Origin: a virus
Length of the DNA stretch: 64,000 nucleotides
Direction: 5' to 3' (one strand)
Virus record (IMG/VR): IMGVR_UViG_3300032307_000797
Shown here: positions 38,940 to 47,627 of the stretch, one piece after another
Layout: each line of letters opens with the position of its first letter
Numbering within the stretch: position 1 is the first letter of the stretch
Position numbers and translations under genes: made by a program
Notes under the pieces: model-generated
What the model was told of the DNA's origin: nothing
The model's database searches: none
Seen by the model: the letters and a program-made list of their open reading frames with translations, nothing else

Positions 38940-40118
38940 GAACTCTAAATTTTCTTTTTTAGCTGGACCATCATCGTAGATTTCGATTAACTGTTTCCAC
39001 GCGTCAAGAACAACCGATTCATCAAAGTTTTCTTCCTTCTCGGGAAGTAAAAACTTAATTGATTTTTCTAAAATCTCGAACTTAGTTTCGTTTTCTGAAA
39101 CATCCATGTCAAATCCGATACCTTGTTTTGAACAGTATTTAAAAAATTCAAAGAACGGTTTTGATTTGAATATTGGACTTATATTTTCTTCCATAATAAT
39201 ATCTTTTGAATCGAATGTGTAAGTGTCTTTTGTACCGGTGAAGCTTTTATTAGTTTTCAATAAATCTTCCTTCATTGGTAAAAAAACTAATGTTGTAGGA
39301 TTTGGAACATATGTTGGGTCATCTTTAATATCTATTTGTGCCAATACCAAATAATCAACACCCTTCTTTTTGTAGTCCCTTGTGTTTATTGATGTATAGA
39401 TTGTGTTACCACTATAAATCTTCGAGTTTTTAACTTGGAAATTTTTGATGGTTTCAGGACTACTTTTTACGGTTACATATATATCGGTACCTGTAATCAT
39501 ATCAGAGAAATCACCTCTTGTTGATGAATTACGATATGTGTTGTACTTATCCTTATATTTTGTTTTGAGTAGGTATTCCGTGGACAACTCACCAAAAGTT
39601 CCCTGTGCCATTGTAAAGTTGGCAATCTCCAAAATCTGATGTAATGGGTCTTCCTTGGTTATTTCATTAAGGTTTTTGAAAATCTTATCACCAAAATAAT
39701 TTATCCAAAAGAAGTAATTGTCAAGTTCGGTACGAATGTACTCGGGGTCTTCAGATTTAGGGTCAAATTCAATTAGTTTTACCTTTCTCCCATCAACGTC
39801 TTCAATTCCTCGAGCAACAAACTTATTTGAAATCTGTTGGTTTAGATATTGAATTAGAATGTCCTGAGCGGTTGCGTGTGTATTAATTTGGTTCACCGCG
39901 GACCATGTTTTCTTTGAGGTTAAAACACCCTCAAGACCACTGTCAGGATTTACACCATATTGATTGTGAGGGGTATAAAACTTCTTATATACTTTATCCC
40001 AATTCTCCTTTAATCTTGGTTTTTCCTTACTATGTACGGTCTCTCTACCCGTACAAATCTTATAGATTCCCGAGGAATACTTGTTTTTATTATATTTAAA
40101 CTTATATTGAGGTTTCAC
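38916..40118 (-). CDS. Hypothetical protein with probable PD-(D/E)XK-like nuclease domain
   Basis: GTFGE...SDMITGTDIYV...NFQVK resembles the E...D...(Q/E)xK restriction-nuclease-like motif. Confidence 0.45.
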   Translation of the reverse strand: MKPQYKFKYNKNKYSSGIYKICTGRETVHSKEKPRLKENWDKVYKKFYTPHNQYGVNPDSGLEGVLTSKKTWSAVNQINTHATAQDILIQYLNQQISNKFVARGIEDVDGRKVKLIEFDPKSEDPEYIRTELDNYFFWINYFGDKIFKNLNEITKEDPLHQILEIANFTMAQGTFGELSTEYLLKTKYKDKYNTYRNSSTRGDFSDMITGTDIYVTVKSSPETIKNFQVKNSKIYSGNTIYTSINTRDYKKKGVDYLVLAQIDIKDDPTYVPNPTTLVFLPMKEDLLKTNKSFTGTKDTYTFDSKDIIMEENISPIFKSKPFFEFFKYCSKQGIGFDMDVSENETKFEILEKSIKFLLPEKEENFDESVVLDAWKQLIEIYDDGPAKKENLEFLQQFVKK

Positions 40119-40149
40119 AAAATATTTCTATGATATGCTAATATACGAA

Positions 40150-40157
40150 TATTTATA
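40150..40157 (+). promoter_or_regulatory. Late motif TATTTATA nested in a divergent host-type promoter (40138-40168, minus)
   Basis: 12 nt upstream of ATG 40170; the minus strand reads TTGTTT-N17-TATATTAG. Confidence 0.55.
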
Positions 40158-40169
40158 GATAAAAACAAT

Positions 40170-41288
40170 ATGGCATCCACAATAATTACGCAACCGGACA
40201 GAGAGAAGTTATATACACAGGTATTCCACCTATTGGGAATGCCCGTTAGAGGTATTGAATTAACAGAAGAACAAATGGATACATTTCTAGAATTATCCCT
40301 CTCTGAGTATGAACAATATGTAAGTGATTGGTTGATTGAATCTCAATGGTCTGCATTGGCGGGATTGGATGTTGATACACAATCATTAACGAGAGCTTTT
40401 ACCACAAGAAGTTTAGATTATGAAACTCAATATACTCACTCATATTCTAAGATAGTAGGTCTTCAGACAGGTGGTAATGCCGAGTTAAAAAAGGATTACA
40501 TATCACTTAGTGCAAATACCCAAACATATGTAATTCCTGCGGGAAGAGAAATAAATGAACTTTTATGGTTTACAAGGGCGGAGTTAACCGATTCGATTGT
40601 TGACCCATTTTTAGGTGGTTTTGGTGGTCTTGGTGGTGTTGCGTTTGGTGGTGTTGGTGGATTTGCACAAGTTGGTTCATCAGGTTCTTATTTTATGTTA
40701 CCTGCTTATGACTTATTGTTAAGAATGGGAGATAGAAATATTAAAAACCGACTTATTGGTGGTGAATTAACTTATCGAGTTACTGCGGGTCCAAATGGAA
40801 CTAAAATTGTTCATTTACACAATGTACCGGGTGGTAGATTTGATTTTGGTTCCTTACAAAACAATAGACATAAAGTTTGGTATTGGTATTACGACACTTT
40901 GGCTTTAGATACTTGTTTAGATAAAAATAGTGGCATTATTAAATTACCATCAGACGTAGATACCGAAGAATTGACTTGGGATATGTTAAACAAACCCGCA
41001 CAGAATTGGGTTAGAAAATATCTAATTGCGTATGCTAAAGAAGGATTAGCAAGAATTTGGGGTAAATTCTCAGGTGACCTACAAGTTCCTGATAGTTCAG
41101 TAAAACTCGATTACTCCTCACTTCTAACAGAAGCAAAAGATGAGAAATTAAAATTGGCGGAAGAATTGATGCAAAGATTAGAAAGACTTCGTCCCGAAAA
41201 AGTTCTTGAAAGAAAAGGAAACGAAGCTGAGAATCTTAACAAGTCACTAAAATACCGACCAATGCAATCTCCATTCAATGTAATTTAA
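40170..41288 (+). CDS. Neck / head-tail adaptor protein (T4 gp13-like)
   Basis: LLGMPVRGIELTEEQM N-terminus and WVRKYLIAYAKEGLARIWGKFS...LLTEAKDE C-terminus. Confidence 0.8.
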   Translation: MASTIITQPDREKLYTQVFHLLGMPVRGIELTEEQMDTFLELSLSEYEQYVSDWLIESQWSALAGLDVDTQSLTRAFTTRSLDYETQYTHSYSKIVGLQTGGNAELKKDYISLSANTQTYVIPAGREINELLWFTRAELTDSIVDPFLGGFGGLGGVAFGGVGGFAQVGSSGSYFMLPAYDLLLRMGDRNIKNRLIGGELTYRVTAGPNGTKIVHLHNVPGGRFDFGSLQNNRHKVWYWYYDTLALDTCLDKNSGIIKLPSDVDTEELTWDMLNKPAQNWVRKYLIAYAKEGLARIWGKFSGDLQVPDSSVKLDYSSLLTEAKDEKLKLAEELMQRLERLRPEKVLERKGNEAENLNKSLKYRPMQSPFNVI

Positions 41289-44182
41289 CTCTCAACAGCA
41301 TGAAATGCAAAATCGTTACCGTTGGTTTCGATTATTTCATCTTCATTACTTTTTGTGCTGGCAACTTGTAGATTTACAACTTTTCTATTGTGGTCAACCC
41401 AATATTGGTCAACCAATTCAATACTATTCTCCACATACATAAAGAATGGGTCACGTTGTACTCGGTTCCAAAATAACACCTCACTATCTGAAAGTGTCAT
41501 AACTTCATCGAACTTATCTTGACCATCACTCTTTAATGGTTGTCCACTTATAAGTTCACATTGAGACTTGGTAAAGTATTGTCTGTCTTTCGGGTCTTCA
41601 ACAAGAATATCTTCTCGAATTTCAGGTTTAAACGCACATAATAAAGGTTCGATGCGTTTATTAAAGTTTGTTAGGTATCGTGCAACATTATAATCACCTG
41701 TTAAGTCAGGATTGTTTACAATATCCTTTTCGGGAATCATATAACAATTGATTAATAAGTAATCATTTGGTATCGGAGTACCATGTTCTTTCATGTACTC
41801 CTCTTGCATTTTCTTTGTTGGTTTAGAAATCTTCTGAACATCACCGTCGGATTTCTTTATGCCGTTATTAACATAGTAAATCGTTTCACCAAGTCCCGCA
41901 GGATAGTTATTTTGTAATACTAATTCCATGTGTGCTTGACGAGACATTAACGAACCCGATTTAGTGGTTTTCTTAATGTGTTTTTTATAATCATCTACTG
42001 ATTGTTTAACACGTGCTTTGTTGGCGATTTTGGAAAGAGGAATTTCTTTATTATAAATCTTCTCAACGTATTGATAGTACAACTCAACAAAAGAAAGTCC
42101 ATCACCATTAAGTAAATGTTTCAATCCCTCATCCAAAAATTCTACAATGTATTGTTGTAGTTTTTTAGATTTAATTGTGTTACCGGTTAACTTAATAACC
42201 TCTTTACCTTTCTTATTTAATTTGATGATGTAGTTCTTACGAGAAACATTAATACAAGATGGTGCGGTATAATCAATGTCTAATCCCATCTCATTTCTCA
42301 TAAAGATGTCGTTAAACTCCGCGGTGTCCGCTTCGATACCTTTATATTCTTTACCCTCATCAACCAATTCATTTAATCCCTTACCGATGTAAGTGTGTTC
42401 ATTAATAGTGTCGGGAGTTTCAAAGTTCACACCGTCCGTATCCATTACGAGAGGTTTATAACCTTTCTTCATGAAGAACATAATCATCATACGAAGACAT
42501 TGACGCCCGGTACATGTAATGGTTTCACCCATATTCATATCTCCCCATGGAAACACTTGCGGTGCGGATAATGAACCAAAATATGCGTTGATGAAAATCT
42601 TGATTGGTAATTGTTTGCGGTCATACATCTCCGCTTGAACGGGGTCAGACGATTTCAATTCACCGGCAAGACGTTTGTACTTAATACGAATGTTACGGAA
42701 ATACTTTAACATCGATTTCTGTACGTGCATTACATCACAATCAGGAAATACATCATACACTAACTGAATTGATGGGTAAAGAGATGCGTAGTCAAACTTA
42801 ACGATGTTCTTTGCGTAACCAACGTTTAACAAACGTGATAATCCACCTGTGATTGCTCGTTTTTCGTCTTTTGCCGGAATGGCAAGATTGTTCTCATATG
42901 ACCACGCCAACATGATAATCTTCCACAGTGTTGCGGTACCCATCGTTGCGATTCTCTCATATGTCGTAGGTACCAACTTCGATAGTAAGAAAGTAGATTG
43001 TGAGAATGAATCGTCCACAATCATGGTTTCATACAAGTCATCATCAAGATACTGTTCCACAATCTTTCTACCTGGCCACACCTCAAATTTATTCGGATAT
43101 TTTTCAAGTAAACCATCTGTACCGGGTTCACCAATCTTTTTATAGTTACCTGTTTTTGGATTAACATAGTAGCTATCGTTTTCTAAATAAATCTTTGAAA
43201 TGTATGCACCATCAACGTAAACACGATTAGGTTTTTCTTTTTCCAAATACTTGGTGATGTACTTCAATCCCCAAGATTTGATTTCAGAGTTGATTGCTTG
43301 TGCTCTTCTAACGGAGTGAGCAATATCGATGATATTAAACCCCCATATAACGTGTTGAGTATATGGTTCAATTTCGTTTGCTAATTTTAATACCCCTTCT
43401 TTTTCCTTCATTCCTTGTGTTGTGAATATTTGTGTTAATCCACTAACATCCACATCCAATATTTTCGCTCGTTTAAGAATAAACGGCCAGTCAAAGAATG
43501 CTGAGTTGTACCCACCAATAATTGTTGGTTTTACTTCTCGTATTAATTCAAAGAATCTCTCAATACATCTTTTTTCACCGTCCTCACCAAATGCGGGAAT
43601 TGTTTCTTGTAAACCACGGTTATCTTTAACCCCAATCAAGATAATTTCACTTGATTCTGCCTCCAAACCCGTGGTCTCAATATCGAATACAAATCGATGA
43701 ACTCCCGAATAATCATCAATACCTTTAAAAAGACGTTTCTTTTTCTGTATCAAATATTGTTCAACAGGAGATAGTATAGTAAAAAGAGATTTTGTTTTTT
43801 CACCCCATGGGTCGACACCACCCTGTCTGAAGAAGTTTACCAATTCAGTATAACCTTTCATACACTTAACTAAGTGTGTCATACCATTCTGTAAACGTTC
43901 ATTACCATGGGTTTCCAATTTCTCAATTAGAATACCATACTCACCCATCTTTTTCTTTTGGAGGGCTTTGTTGTTTTGGTAAAAGTTCAAACCACTTAGG
44001 TCACCAACCCAAAGGAATGGTACCAAGGTATCTTGTTTTATAATTTTACCTTTTTCAGGGTCCTGAATTACTTTGAAAATTTTGTTGGTTCTGTAATCGT
44101 ACTCAACCCCCACTATGTATTGTTCGGGGTCCCAACCATTTAAGAAGTTCTCGATAACTTCTTGAGAAATTACTTCTGACAT
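41285..44182 (-). CDS. Family B DNA polymerase with 3'-5' exonuclease
   Basis: FDIETTG (ExoI), GYNSAFFDW (ExoII), DYASLYPS (motif A), KIFINAYFG (B), MDTDG (C), RKNY. Confidence 0.95.
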   Translation of the reverse strand: MSEVISQEVIENFLNGWDPEQYIVGVEYDYRTNKIFKVIQDPEKGKIIKQDTLVPFLWVGDLSGLNFYQNNKALQKKKMGEYGILIEKLETHGNERLQNGMTHLVKCMKGYTELVNFFRQGGVDPWGEKTKSLFTILSPVEQYLIQKKKRLFKGIDDYSGVHRFVFDIETTGLEAESSEIILIGVKDNRGLQETIPAFGEDGEKRCIERFFELIREVKPTIIGGYNSAFFDWPFILKRAKILDVDVSGLTQIFTTQGMKEKEGVLKLANEIEPYTQHVIWGFNIIDIAHSVRRAQAINSEIKSWGLKYITKYLEKEKPNRVYVDGAYISKIYLENDSYYVNPKTGNYKKIGEPGTDGLLEKYPNKFEVWPGRKIVEQYLDDDLYETMIVDDSFSQSTFLLSKLVPTTYERIATMGTATLWKIIMLAWSYENNLAIPAKDEKRAITGGLSRLLNVGYAKNIVKFDYASLYPSIQLVYDVFPDCDVMHVQKSMLKYFRNIRIKYKRLAGELKSSDPVQAEMYDRKQLPIKIFINAYFGSLSAPQVFPWGDMNMGETITCTGRQCLRMMIMFFMKKGYKPLVMDTDGVNFETPDTINEHTYIGKGLNELVDEGKEYKGIEADTAEFNDIFMRNEMGLDIDYTAPSCINVSRKNYIIKLNKKGKEVIKLTGNTIKSKKLQQYIVEFLDEGLKHLLNGDGLSFVELYYQYVEKIYNKEIPLSKIANKARVKQSVDDYKKHIKKTTKSGSLMSRQAHMELVLQNNYPAGLGETIYYVNNGIKKSDGDVQKISKPTKKMQEEYMKEHGTPIPNDYLLINCYMIPEKDIVNNPDLTGDYNVARYLTNFNKRIEPLLCAFKPEIREDILVEDPKDRQYFTKSQCELISGQPLKSDGQDKFDEVMTLSDSEVLFWNRVQRDPFFMYVENSIELVDQYWVDHNRKVVNLQVASTKSNEDEIIETNGNDFAFHAVES

Positions 44183-44188
44183 AATATA

Positions 44189-44237
44189 TTAGTTGACTTA
44201 TTAGCTTATACCACCGTGGTATAATTTGTCTTACTAA
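44189..44237 (-). promoter_or_regulatory. Structured 5' leader of polB (candidate translational operator)
   Basis: Inner palindrome TTATACCAC-N-GTGGTATAA (44206-44224) inside an outer stem UUAGU-aa-GAC / GUC-a-ACUAA that closes 6 nt before the AUG. Confidence 0.55.
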
Positions 44238-44269
44238 CAAATATAAGTAAAAAAAATTGAATTTACAAA
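44238..44269 (-). promoter_or_regulatory. Bacteroidota-type promoter TTTG-N20-TATATTTG for polB
   Basis: Exact fit to the Bacteroides/Flavobacterium -33 TTTG / -7 TAnnTTTG consensus. Confidence 0.7.
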
Positions 44270-44877
44270 ACGGGAGGATAATAATTTTCTTTTAGGTCAT
44301 GTTCACTAAAATTCCATCTTTTAATCAGACCTAATTGATACCCATTGAAAAACAATTCTAAATGTTTGTGAAATGCAAACGCGAATGAGTCCACCCCTGA
44401 TTTTACTTGTAGGTGTTTTTCTTGTTCTAAACCTCCTAAATAATCGTCAAATATCATCACACCACCATCTTTTAAACAATAAAATGCATTAACCGCATCC
44501 TCCAAGACATGACACGACATATGACTCCCATCAATATAAACAAAATCAAGAAATTCTTTTGTTTCTCCTTTATGAGTAAACGTTTTAAATGCGTCTCTTG
44601 ATTCCCCATGAAACAATGTGATGTTTTCGTAAGGTTCTATATTTGATAAGAGATATTCAGATTGATTTATATCCATTAGATATAGGTGAGAACCTTCTAA
44701 ACTACAAAGTCGTTCTCTTATGTAAACAGAAGACGCTCCGTGATAACTCCCAATCTCCAAACAGGTATTTGGTTTATCAAAAAGAAATGATAATGATTTA
44801 TCCCAATTATCTATATGGTCTTTAAACCACATACGTCCATTTTCGGGATAGTTAAAATGAGATGGATATTCAAACAT
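44263..44877 (-). CDS. Class I SAM-dependent methyltransferase (Methyltransf_24-like)
   Basis: LEIGSYHGAS, DFVYIDGSH, LKDGGVMIFDDY. Confidence 0.88.
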   Translation of the reverse strand: MFEYPSHFNYPENGRMWFKDHIDNWDKSLSFLFDKPNTCLEIGSYHGASSVYIRERLCSLEGSHLYLMDINQSEYLLSNIEPYENITLFHGESRDAFKTFTHKGETKEFLDFVYIDGSHMSCHVLEDAVNAFYCLKDGGVMIFDDYLGGLEQEKHLQVKSGVDSFAFAFHKHLELFFNGYQLGLIKRWNFSEHDLKENYYPPVL

Positions 44878-44916
44878 AATTCATATCAATAAATTATGAT
44901 ATGAAAAAATAAGTGT

Positions 44917-45285
44917 TTAGTAAATGGTAATGAATAACTTCTCCCTAATTGGTAGGATAAGTTTTGTTGTTGGATTTAAGTTTGTATCGAGGAATTGAAC
45001 GGTAATTTTTGCTTCGTATTTCCCAACATTTGAAGTTTGAGCTTCAGTAAACCTATGAACAATATAATATTCATCAGTTGTTTGGTCATATTTTTTATTA
45101 CGGGTAGTAATATTACATTCAGAACTTAAAATTTCAGGTTCCCCATCTTCAATTCTGAACATATCTAAAGTGATATCACAATTCTCTAACATGTCGTTAA
45201 ATGACGATTTATCATTCTTACCGTCATCAATTAATCTCATTTTTAGAATTGGTTCACTTGCCCCTTGTCGTATAAAAAATTCCAT
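44917..45285 (-). CDS. BppU-like baseplate/fibre-attachment domain protein
   Basis: FFIRQG...F-x4-T-x2-VGKYEAKITV...LP pattern; late motif at 45290-45297. Confidence 0.55.
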   Translation of the reverse strand: MEFFIRQGASEPILKMRLIDDGKNDKSSFNDMLENCDITLDMFRIEDGEPEILSSECNITTRNKKYDQTTDEYYIVHRFTEAQTSNVGKYEAKITVQFLDTNLNPTTKLILPIREKLFITIY

Positions 45286-45297
45286 ATTTTATAAATA

Positions 45298-47349
45298 TTA
45301 GTAACAGATATATTGAATTCCCGATGAATTATAGAAGTTGATGGTACGTCCTCCCGTTGACGAATCATATGTGGTTCCATTATCCCATCCATCCTCAGTT
45401 GCATATGTCACATCAAATGTATAGCTATCCACTCCGCCACCTAAGTTCGCGGTTTTACCTGTTATTGTATATGCGACCCAACCACTATTCATGTCCGGTT
45501 CATTATGAATTCTTATGATATCACCGGATGATAATGAACTAAAAAACGTACCCATATTTTGTAATGTAAAAGAAGTAACCGTCAAAGAAACTTTAGTAAC
45601 ATTTGCTGCCGTTGAATTATTACGTGACCATCCATAACCACCCATACTTGGTTGAGATAATGATATTGGATTTGTTAACCAAGTTTGATTTTGAGTGTTT
45701 ACTCCAAAACAACCACTTAAAGTAGGTGTACTTGTTAAAGTTGGTGTCGTCGTTAATGTTGGTGTAATAGTAGGTGTACTTGTTAATGTTGATGTACTCG
45801 TTAATGTTGGTGTATTTGTTGCCGTTAACGTTGGTGTTGGCGTTGGGGTATTACAATTTATTGTAACAGATTTTGCTAATATAGTTGAAGGGTTATTTGT
45901 ATCCCTTATTACCATCCAATATGTTCCTGTATTGGAACCAATCGCAACACTTAATCCACCCGAAGGCATTTCGGTCCAGTTTGTGTTGTTAAGTGCGTCG
46001 TTTTCAGACGCATAATTACCTAACCCAATTTCATATTGTCCTGAGCCACCCGTGGCACCACTTGCTATGGTATAATTGGGTGATACACAATTATATGTTA
46101 TACTAAAATCAAGTGGTGATAGTGTAGTTGTTAGTGTTGGGGTAACTTCCGGTGTTCCTGTTGGTGTTGGGGTCGATGTTGGTGTTCTTGTTAATGTGGG
46201 TGTGGGTGTTGGTGTTTGTGTAGGTACATTATCCAAAGTTACTCTTAATATATCCGACGTGGTAAATCCTGTTGTAAAATCATATGATATATTTGTCGGT
46301 ACAGATGCTGTCGGAGATGTATATAAAAGAACATCATTTCTATATATGTTAATACTATAAGAACCACTACCCCCAACAATAACTGCAATAGACTGACCGC
46401 TCACAATACCTGAGTGATTAGCATATCCTGTTTGACCTTGAGTTAATGGAAAACTAAAATTCCAACTACTACTAAAACTACTTGTATATAATTGCCAAGA
46501 AACTCCAACAGTATTATTATTTTCTAAAACGATATTATATGTTTGAGAAGTTGTTAATGTTGGTGTGGCAACAGGTTCAGATGTACTCGTAGGGGTACTT
46601 GTTAATGTTGGTGTCGGAGTTGGTGTTGGACAATCATCGACAGAAGCAATAATACCATTAACAACATATAATAAATTAAATGTATCTAATTTTATATAAT
46701 AACCGTTTGTTCCCGCATAATATGTGGTTAAGGTATCATCATTATATAGTTTATCACCAACCTCAGGTATATAATTTGAAAAATATGCACTGGTACCTGC
46801 CGTAGAATAACATGTTGCCAATTGTAAACATGACAACGAGTTACATGCTAAAGTTTGGTTATTTACAAAGCTACCTTGTGTGTTTGTTGAAAAACTTAAA
46901 TTGGCAAAATAAGCTTGCTCCCCTGAAGAACTAGTAGTATTTGTCAACGTAGGTGTTGGTGTACTCGTTAAAGTTGGTGTTTCGGTTAACGTAGGTGTAC
47001 TAGTTGAAGTTACTGTCGGTGTTGGTGTCGGAGTTTCTTCCGATGTTGTGGTTAATGTTGGAGTACTTGTTAATGTTGGTGTCGGAGTTGGGGTAATCAC
47101 ATAATGAGTGATGTAAACCTCACACTCTGAAAATGAATTGTATACAATAATTCTATCGGTGTCATTTGGCACTGTAACGGCGATACCTGTTCCAGTGGTT
47201 ATACTACTAAGAGCAATCAATGTTGCATCATCAGTGGTGCCATATAATTTGGCAAATTGATATTCTGAGGACCCCGTCGTTGTATAAAATATATCGTATG
47301 GTCCTACCGAATCCCCCTGAGTGATTTTAACATTGAAAAATTTTGACAC
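45298..47349 (-). CDS. Modular Pro/Thr-rich virion fibre/adhesin-like protein (683 aa)
   Basis: Four TPTPTPTLT linkers separating Cys-bracketed beta modules; GTG start. Confidence 0.7.
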   Translation of the reverse strand: MSKFFNVKITQGDSVGPYDIFYTTTGSSEYQFAKLYGTTDDATLIALSSITTGTGIAVTVPNDTDRIIVYNSFSECEVYITHYVITPTPTPTLTSTPTLTTTSEETPTPTPTVTSTSTPTLTETPTLTSTPTPTLTNTTSSSGEQAYFANLSFSTNTQGSFVNNQTLACNSLSCLQLATCYSTAGTSAYFSNYIPEVGDKLYNDDTLTTYYAGTNGYYIKLDTFNLLYVVNGIIASVDDCPTPTPTPTLTSTPTSTSEPVATPTLTTSQTYNIVLENNNTVGVSWQLYTSSFSSSWNFSFPLTQGQTGYANHSGIVSGQSIAVIVGGSGSYSINIYRNDVLLYTSPTASVPTNISYDFTTGFTTSDILRVTLDNVPTQTPTPTPTLTRTPTSTPTPTGTPEVTPTLTTTLSPLDFSITYNCVSPNYTIASGATGGSGQYEIGLGNYASENDALNNTNWTEMPSGGLSVAIGSNTGTYWMVIRDTNNPSTILAKSVTINCNTPTPTPTLTATNTPTLTSTSTLTSTPTITPTLTTTPTLTSTPTLSGCFGVNTQNQTWLTNPISLSQPSMGGYGWSRNNSTAANVTKVSLTVTSFTLQNMGTFFSSLSSGDIIRIHNEPDMNSGWVAYTITGKTANLGGGVDSYTFDVTYATEDGWDNGTTYDSSTGGRTINFYNSSGIQYICY

Positions 47350-47370
47350 TTACTGACCTATTTTAATATT

Positions 47371-47613
47371 TTATTTAATTTTTAATATAAATTCGTTACC
47401 GGATAAAAACGGTAATACATCCCCATCCTTTAATTCATCTGACATATAATAAAATTCTTCTTTTACTATTTCAAACGGTAATTTTAATTCATCCTTAATA
47501 ACATTTTTAACGTGCTCAACCGTTAACGGTTCATTAGTATGAAATGTCTTTTGAAATCTTTTTACTCTCTCTTTGTTCTTGATGATATTAACATCAACAT
47601 CTATTGTTTTCAT
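47371..47613 (-). CDS. Ubiquitin-like (beta-grasp) protein without C-terminal GG (80 aa)
   Basis: TVEHVKNVIKDELKLP and LKDGDVL align with ubiquitin TIENVKAKIQDKEGIP and LEDGRTL. Confidence 0.55.
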   Translation of the reverse strand: MKTIDVDVNIIKNKERVKRFQKTFHTNEPLTVEHVKNVIKDELKLPFEIVKEEFYYMSDELKDGDVLPFLSGNEFILKIK

Positions 47614-47627
47614 AATTTATATTTTTT

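Noticed and set aside
7918-44182. Inteins or group I introns in nrdA, nrdB, helicase or polB
   Set aside because: ORFs are continuous and of normal length with no intein splice or LAGLIDADG/HNH motifs.
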